A stretch of DNA of 64,000 nucleotides, taken from assembly GCF_009914755.1 (NCBI RefSeq), contig NC_060934.1; one strand, given 5' to 3'. The notes under the pieces are model-generated. The model was given only the letters and a program-made list of their open reading frames with translations, searched no databases and was not told where the DNA came from. This document shows, one piece after another, positions 37,159-64,000 of this stretch (the first letter of the stretch is position 1; each line of letters starts with the position of its first letter). The position numbers were made by a program, and so were the translations under genes. Origin of the DNA: the human T2T-CHM13v2.0 reference genome, Homo sapiens.

Positions 37159-39222
37159 ATGCATGGCCGAAGCATGAGAAAACTCATCGCAGGACTTATT
37201 TTCCTTAAAATTTGGACTTGTACAGTAAGTACTTTAACTGACCTTCCTCAGACTGAGGACTGTTTCCAGTGTATACATCAAGTCACTGAGATAGGACAAA
37301 AAGTTGCTACAGTCCTATTATTTTATGATTATTATGATTGTACCAGGACTCCAAAAAAAAACTTGTTTGTATAATGCTATTCTATGCGAAGTATGTAGCC
37401 CAGGAAATGACCAACCTGATGTGTGTTATGACCCATCTGAGCCTCCCATGACCACAGTTTTTGAAATAAGATTAAGGACTGAGGACTGGTGGTGGCTTAT
37501 AAATGATACGAGTAAAGTGTTAGCCAAAACAAAAGAAAAAGGGGTGCCCAAACAAATCACCTTGAAGTTTGATGCCTGTGCTATCATTAATAATAATAAG
37601 TTAGGAATAGGATGTGGTTCTTTTAATTAGGAAAGAGGCTATATGGCAGAAAATAAGTACATTTGTCATGAATTAGAACTGTGTGGAAATGAATGTGGAT
37701 ACTGGTCTTGTGTCATTCAGGCTACTTGGATAAAAAATAAAATGTATTCTGTCCACCTTCAGAAAGGGAAAAGTGGCCCTTCCTGTACCAGTGGTCAGTG
37801 TAACCCCTTAGAACTAGTAATAACCAATCTCCTTGATCCTCGCTGAAAAAAAGGGGAGCGTGTAACCCTGGGAATCAATAGGGCTGGACTGGATCATCGA
37901 GTAAGTATCATGGTTTGAGGAGAAGTTTATAAACGCTCTCCTGAGCCAGTATTTCAAACCTTCTGTGATAAACTGAATGTGCCAGTACCAGAAATTCCAG
38001 GAAAAACAAGAAATTTGTTTTTGCAATTAGCTGAGCATGTGGCCCAGTCTCTCAATGTCACTTCATGTTATGTATGTGGAGGAACTGTAATGGGAGATCA
38101 ATGGCCATGGGAAGCCCAAGAGTTAATACCTATAGACCCAGTTCCCAATGAATTCCCGGCTCAAAAGAATCACCCTAATAACTTCTGGGTCCTAAAAGCC
38201 TCAATCATTAGACAATACTGTATAGCAAGAGTGAGGAAGGACTTTACCCTTCTTGTGGGAAGACTCAGCTGTCTTGGGCAAAATACTACAAAAACAGCCA
38301 CCTAGTGGAGTTCAAATTACACTAAGAAAAATCCATTTAGCAAATTCCCAAAGTTGCAAACTGTGTGAACCCACCCGGAGTCCCACTGGGACTAGACAGC
38401 CCCCTCTGGATTATACTGGATATGTGGACATAGAGCTTACACCAAATTACCCGACCAGTGGGCAGGTAGTTGTGTTATTGGCACTTTTAAACCATCCTTC
38501 TTCCTACTGCCCATAAAGACAGGCTAATTCCTGGGCTTCCCTCTCTGTGCCTCCCACAAAAAGAGAAGCATAGCTATAGAAAATTAAAAAGATGATGAAT
38601 GGCCCCCTGAGAGAATCATACAATATTATGGGCCTGGTACTTGGGCACAAGACAGCTTGTGGGGATACCCAACCCCCATTTACATGCTCAACCAAATCAT
38701 AACGGTTACAAGCTGTCTCAGAAATAATCACTAATAAGACAGGCGGAGCCTTGACTATTCTGGCCTGGCAAGAAACTCAGATGAGAAATACTATCTATCA
38801 AAATAGATTGGCTCTCAACTACTTGCTAGCAGCTGAAGGAGAGGTCTGTAGAAAATTTGACCTTACAAATTGCTGTCTACACATAGATGATCAAGGGCAA
38901 GTAGTTGAAGACATGGTTAGAAATATGACAAAACTGGCACATGTGCCCGTGCAAGTGTGGCATGGATCCTGGGGCCATGTTTGGAAAATGGTTCCCAGTG
39001 CTAAAAAGATTTAAAACTCTTATAATAGGAGTTATAATAGTAATAGGAACCTGCTTACTGCTCCCTTGTTTGCTACCTGTACTTCTTCAAATGATAAAAA
39101 GCTTCAACGCTACCTTAGTTCACCAAAATGCTTCAGCACAAGTGTACTATATGAATCACCATCGATCTGTCTTGCAAGAAGACATGGGTAGTGAGAAGGA
39201 AAGTAAGAACTCCCACTATTGA
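37159..39222 (+). pseudogene. HERV-E/ERV3-like env, near full length but broken by stops and frameshifts
   Basis: CYVC (CXXC), HKKR-S furin-like site near 38556, [31 protein letters not shown], and TM anchor IIGVIIVIGTCLLLPCLL. Confidence 0.88.
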
Positions 39223-39233
39223 GTGAGATTCTC

Positions 39234-39245
39234 AAAGGAGGGGAA
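39234..39245 (+). promoter_or_regulatory. Polypurine tract
   Basis: AAAGGAGGGGAA abuts the 3' LTR. Confidence 0.85.
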
Positions 39246-39704
39246 TAAGGGAGGAGACCACCCCTCATATCGTCTCATGCCCAATTTCAGCCTCCAAAGA
39301 AAGAAGTAAAAACTAAAAGGCAGAAATGAAATCCACAAGCAGACAGCCCGGCGCCACACCCTGGGCCTGGTAGTTAAAGATTGACCCCTGACCTAAACGG
39401 TTATGTTATCTATAGATTGCAGACATTGTAAGAAAAGCACTGTGAAAATCCCTATCCTATTCTGTTCCATTCTAATTACAGGTGCATGCAGCCCCCAGTC
39501 ATGTACCCCCTGCTTGCTCAATCAATCACGACCCTCTCACGCGGACCCCCTTAAAGTTGTGAGCCCTTAAAAGGGACAGGAATTGCTCACCCAGGGAGCT
39601 CGGTTGTTGGAGACGTGAGTCTTGCCGAAGCTCCCGGCTGAATAAAGCCCTTCCTTCTTTAACTTGGTGTCTGAGGGGTTTTGTCTGCAGCTTGTCCTGT
39701 TACA
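39246..39704 (+). mobile_element. 3' LTR (LTR2 family), 459 bp
   Basis: Direct repeat of 31586-32048, ending ...cctgttaca and followed by the TSD. Confidence 0.93.
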
Positions 39705-40408
39705 TCTGTACTTTGAGATGTAAATTTGCTACCCCATTTTCTCTAAAACTCAGTGACGTCTTTAGCAAGACCTTTTCTATTTACAAAAGCACAGTTTGAA
39801 TCCAACTGTCCTTTTAAACTAGTGAGCTTTACCTGTCTCATGGCTAAAATTAAAAAATTAAAGCTATAAAGTCTTTATTTGTGTCTATCTATATATTTGT
39901 GTACATGTGTACATGTATATATGTCTGTTTGTATAATATCAAATTGGCTTATAAATAAATATTCATAAATTAAATAAGTCCAAGTGCTATTCAAGTTAAC
40001 ATGAATTCAATACTCTTTAGTAAATATGGCTAATTTTAAAATTCCTAATAAAGTAAAATAAAAACATCTTCAAAATTTAAACATTTTTTCTGGGTCTATT
40101 GATAAGTCAGTGCTGTCTCTACTAGATGTTTTAAGAAGATAAAACTGTTGCCTCTATGATGTTTTAAATATATACTTAATTTGTCTGTGAGCTTATAAAG
40201 ATATAAAAGTATAGTTTCTGTTAAAGAAAAAGTAATTTTTTCTATTTTAGAAGTTTAAAAAGTTGTTTGAAATTTAAATAATAATGAAAGTAGATATAAA
40301 AAGTTGGGACATCTTTTTTGAATTATAAGAGATTATAAAGGTTTATAAAAATCTTATTTTGTGTGGTCAAAACTGATTAAGAGTAGATAAATCTGTTCAC
40401 ATTTATTA

Positions 40409-41543
<1,135 letters not shown>

Positions 41544-41830
41544 TAGACCTTTTTATTGTTTAGAAAACTGAGTCTTTTCTCTAACACAGAAAAAGGATTT
41601 TGCTTTTTAGAATCTTTGAATGATCACTTTGGATAAATGAATGATTTCTTTTCACAGTGATCTGTGATCCTATTTTTGTGATATGAAGTGTTTTAGACCT
41701 TTGTTATTTAACAAACTTTTCAAAATGAAATTTCTAATTCTAAATTAGGTCTTTTTGACCTCAGATTAGATATTTTTAGATATTAGGGACCCTGGAAGTC
41801 CAAGAGAGACTTATTTGACTTATTTGGTAT

Positions 41831-43198
<1,368 letters not shown>

Positions 43199-43359
43199 GT
43201 ATGTTAAAATCATATGAAAAGCATTGTCAAATAAGAAAAAGTTTTTAACTTTCTTTGAGTTATATTTTTATTAATATGTTATTAATATGTGTTCCAAAAT
43301 TGTATGAGATTCCTAAAATTCTGAAGTGTCTTGGAATATGTTATCAATTATGATGATTA

Positions 43360-49074
<5,715 letters not shown>

Positions 49075-49712
49075 GGTGATAATCTTTTAAACAGAGGACT
49101 GTGATGAAACATGGTGCTAGGTGAGCAAGATAACTTAGGATATCTTTCTTTTGTGTTAGATGAAGTGAAGAAGGGAGGGTGTTGACCCTCCTGGATGAAG
49201 TGATGAAGCCCTGAACTGTGGCAATGATGCCGGAGAAGGATGTAAAAATCGTAAAGTCGACTGGTGACCAATTAGAGCTGGAAGGACTTACCCACGCTAA
49301 CACCTCCCAAATATGGGAGTATTTTACTACCATAAATGAAATACATCAAGTGAATTTTTGCTAAGCGAGCAATACCCGCGCTTCGGTAAGAACTGTCACG
49401 CTTAGAGCGGGCCAACCAGCTTCCACCATCCAGATGGCGGATCCTAGATTGGCAGCCTGCGTCTCTCTAGCTACCGTCTCTATGGTTCGGGGAATCTCCA
49501 GGTCGGGGCTTGACCGGTCCGACTTTTGCGCGTGCGCGAGTCCTGGCGCGTGCCCGCCCTCAAGCAACTGTCCGACCCAGCGGGTGGGAGGGGTGGGTCT
49601 GGGAACGTTGCGGCGGCTGTCGCCGCGGCCCCAGCACCCAGAGCTGTTCTCTGGCCAAGCCTGCGCCTGTAGTCCTTCTTTGCCTCCTGGGGCGGCCGCC
49701 ACCCACCCCCAG

Positions 49713-50683
49713 ATGGTGGGTCCGGAGGATGCCGGAGCCTGCTCGGGAAGAAACCCCAAGTTGCTCCCGGTGCCTGCGCCGGACCCCGTGGGCCAGGACA
49801 GGAAGGTAATCCGGGCCACGGGCGGCTTTGGCGGAGGCGTCGGCGCTGTGGAGCCGCCGGAGGAGGCTGACGAGGAGGAGGAGGCTGACGAGGAGGAGGA
49901 GACGCCGCCTCGGCAGCTCCTTCAGCGTTACCTCGCGGCGGCCGGGGAGCAGCTGGAGCCGGGGCTCTGCTACTGTCCGCTCCCCGCTGGCCAGGCCGGC
50001 GCCCCGCCGCCCTCGGCAGCCCCACGATCGGACGCCTGCCTGCTGGGCTCGGGCTCCAAACACCGCGGCGCGGAGGTGGCTGATGGCCGCGCGCCGCGGC
50101 ACGAAGGCATGACCAACGGCGACTCGGGTTTTCTGCCGGGCCGGGACTGTCGCGATCTGGAAGAGGCTCGCGGGCTGGCGCGCGCCGGCGGCCGGGAGTC
50201 GCGCCGCCGCCGCCCCTACGGCCGCCTTCGCCTGGAGGGGCCTGGCGACGAGGACGCGGACGGCGCGGGAAGCCCGTCCGATTGGGCCTCTCCGCTTGAG
50301 GACCCGCTGCGGAGCTGCTGCCTGGTGGCCGCGGACGCCCAGGAGCCCGAGGGCGCGGGCAGCGACTCGGGGGACAGCCCGGCCAGCAGCTGCAGCAGTA
50401 GCGAGGACTCAGAGCAGCGGGGAGTCGGCGCCGGGGGTCCCGAGGAGGGCGCGCCCCCTGCCACCTCGGCCGAGAGGACTAATGGGGGTGCGGAGCCGCG
50501 CCTGGGCTTTTCTGACATTCACTTCAACTCTCGCAACACGTTCCAGGTGAGCCGCGGTCAGAGCGCCCGCGATCACCTGCCCCCGGCGGGGCCGCCGGTG
50601 CCCTTGCCCGCCGCGGAGCAGGGTCCTGCGGGGGCTTCGGCCCGGGCTCGACGGAGTGGCGGCTTCGCGGACTTCTTCACCAG
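49713..50683 (+). CDS. TBC1D12: TBC1D12 coding exon 1 (971 nt); N-terminal low-complexity region of a TBC/Rab-GAP family protein
   Basis: [31 protein letters not shown]...GFADFFT(R) recognised as the TBC1D12 N-terminus. Donor ACCAG|gtacag. The TBC domain exons lie beyond the window. Confidence 0.92.
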
Positions 50684-50747
50684 GTACAGCGCAGGCTGCA
50701 TGGGACTCGGGGCGGGTCCGGGGCCGGGGCCGGAGCCGGGGTCTTGG

Positions 50748-50778
50748 TGGGAGTCGGAGCCGGAGCCGGAGCCGGAGC
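50748..50778. repeat. (GGAGCC)n short tandem repeat in TBC1D12 intron 1
   Basis: ggagtcggagccggagccggagccggagc. Confidence 0.85.
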
Positions 50779-51461
50779 GGAGAGCTTGGTCGGCCGCTTC
50801 CGTGCCAGCCCCACACGCGTCAGGACTTAGCTTTGATTTGTCACTGGAGGAAGAGGAACTGGGTCGGCTTTGTGTTTCTATAGGAGAAGTTGTGAGCTCT
50901 GTGGACAGCGAGTCTTTCTGTTGCCTTGTCCGCGGGAGGCTGTACCTGCCATTCATACCTGGCTTCTGAGCAGTCAGGTTGGGCCAGCTGTCTAGTGCCA
51001 CATATGCAGTTGCCTTTTCTGGAAAAGCAGATAACCATCTCCGTCTCCAATTTTTAAAAATTTTACTACAAACATTTAGGTTGTTGGGGGGGTGGTGAGG
51101 GGAGGCGGTATGTGTGTACGGGTGTGGTTGTGAAAGAGAGAAGGAAGTCATTTTGTAGAGCTGTTTATTTGCTGTGCTTGCATAGCGTCTAAATCCATTC
51201 AAGTGGTTTGGGAATTCTTGAAATTAGAAGTGGTTGTGCTTCATAGTGTTTAATCGTTTGTTTCAGTGGTCTTTATTAAAATGCAGTTTGGTGTTTAGAA
51301 TTTTATCCCAACTTTTTAAGCCAAAGTAGCGCTTTTACTAAGGAAAGCCTTTTTTCTAATCTCCCAGATAAGCCTCTCCTTTTTTTCCCCAATAACTTTA
51401 GTTTTTTTAAAAAATGGTATTGTATTTGTGATTTGACAGGATATTCTTGAAATTAAATTAT

Positions 51462-63032
<11,571 letters not shown>

Positions 63033-64000
63033 CTATACTGCATGAAGGGAAAATTTTAGGAGATAACCACTATAAAATTTTCTTGAGTAAAATAATAACT
63101 AGCCACTTATTTTAATGAGTAGATAAGATTGTATTGCTCTTCCACAACACCACTGGAACATAAACTTTTGATTTAGTTGTCCATTTAATAGAAACATAAC
63201 ACTATGTAGGGAAAAAAAATACAATTACCTTGGTCAGGATCTGGGTTTCACCTGTGCTACTGGAAGAAAGGTTCTATCATGCATATCATCAGTTCAGGAT
63301 GTACTTCTACGTCAGACATGAGCAAAATGTCAACAAAGCAAAGCACCAGCAACTACCATACAGCTAAGTGTGTGCTTTTTATTCTCAGAAGGTTTAGACA
63401 TCTGATAGATGTTATTTAGTCTTGCTTGAATTCTTTTACTAATTTGGAGCTTGGTTTTCTCAACAGAGCCTATTGAGGGTATTAGTTGTTAGAAGGTTCT
63501 ATGTTGAAGTACAGTGTAGTTCATTGTAATGTTCATAGTCCCAATTTCCCCCCTAGAGCCACAAAATACAATTCAATTCATTTACATGATTACCCTTCAG
63601 ACATTTAAGATTGCTACAGAACCCTTTTTAGTTCTTATTAATTAGTTTGGAATTTTCTTACTATTTATTCATTCAGCAAATTATTGTGAGTCCTCTATGT
63701 ATACTAGGCACATAGGATATTAGGTAAACAGAACATTTTATTTAAAAAGTTTCAGATAAGGGAGTCCTATAATATCAATGTTTACAATATTACCTGATAA
63801 GTGTTATAAAAGAGGATATGAGGATGCATCAGTACTGAGGAAGGGGTGATTAACTTTGAGACAGGAAGTTAGGAACTTTACAGTAGATGAAACATGAAAG
63901 CTTAGTATTTTACTAAAGAAGAGGGTTTGGGTTAGAATGAGTGTGATGACAGGACAAGTAAAAATAACATATATATAGAATTATATATAAAATAGCTCAG

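Larger units (their letters stand above)
31586..39704 (+). mobile_element. HERV-E-related provirus (LTR2/Harlequin-type mosaic), 8.1 kb, defective
   Basis: Two LTRs, tRNA-Glu PBS, PPT, gag/pol/env remnants, and 4-bp TSD TCTG at 31582-31585 and 39705-39708. Confidence 0.92.
49360..50830 (+). promoter_or_regulatory. TBC1D12: TBC1D12 CpG island (promoter, exon 1 and start of intron 1)
   Basis: Very high GC and CpG content. NRF1-like GCGCGTGCGC at 49528-49537, GC box near 49553, G4 motif at 49582-49597. Confidence 0.88.

Noticed and set aside
37159-39222. Possible domesticated syncytin-like env
   Set aside because: Multiple stops and frameshifts. The longest ORF piece is about 108 aa.
49434-50969. 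511-aa ORF as a single-exon gene
   Set aside because: It is TBC1D12 exon 1 plus GC-rich flanks. The recognised start is 49713 and the donor follows 50683. The extensions are kept only as low-confidence findings.
49361-51202. Overlapping antisense and alternative-frame ORFs of 130-210 aa
   Set aside because: Expected from stop-codon scarcity in a CpG island. No recognisable domains.

Overview
Primate (matches human chr10q23.33) genomic DNA with two divergently oriented genes about 40 kb apart. On the minus strand is the 5' part of NOC3L (coding exons 1-7, positions 9935 down to 1). All splice junctions are GT-AG and the frame is open, reading [13 protein letters not shown]...LTEAEK. On the plus strand is the large GC-rich first coding exon of TBC1D12 (ATG 49713, donor after 50683), followed by intron 1. 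Each gene has a CpG-island promoter. The intergenic region is mostly repeats. Its main structure is a nested retroviral complex: an old ERV1 (MER4-group-like) element with a tRNA-Ser PBS and an embedded tRNA-Glu relic, interrupted by an 8.1-kb two-LTR HERV-E/Harlequin-type provirus (TSD TCTG), a MER52 solo LTR (TSD GTAT) and many Alus. Most ORFs in the supplied track are Alu or other repeat artefacts. I found no clearly new gene system. The best leads are the tRNA relic and its complementarity to the neighbouring PBS, Trp-to-stop editing in the provirus, candidate NOC3L poison exons, the TBC1D12 start-codon hairpin and a local inverted duplication. Gene and repeat family names come from memory of consensus sequences, not database searches, and repeat boundaries without a stated TSD are approximate.
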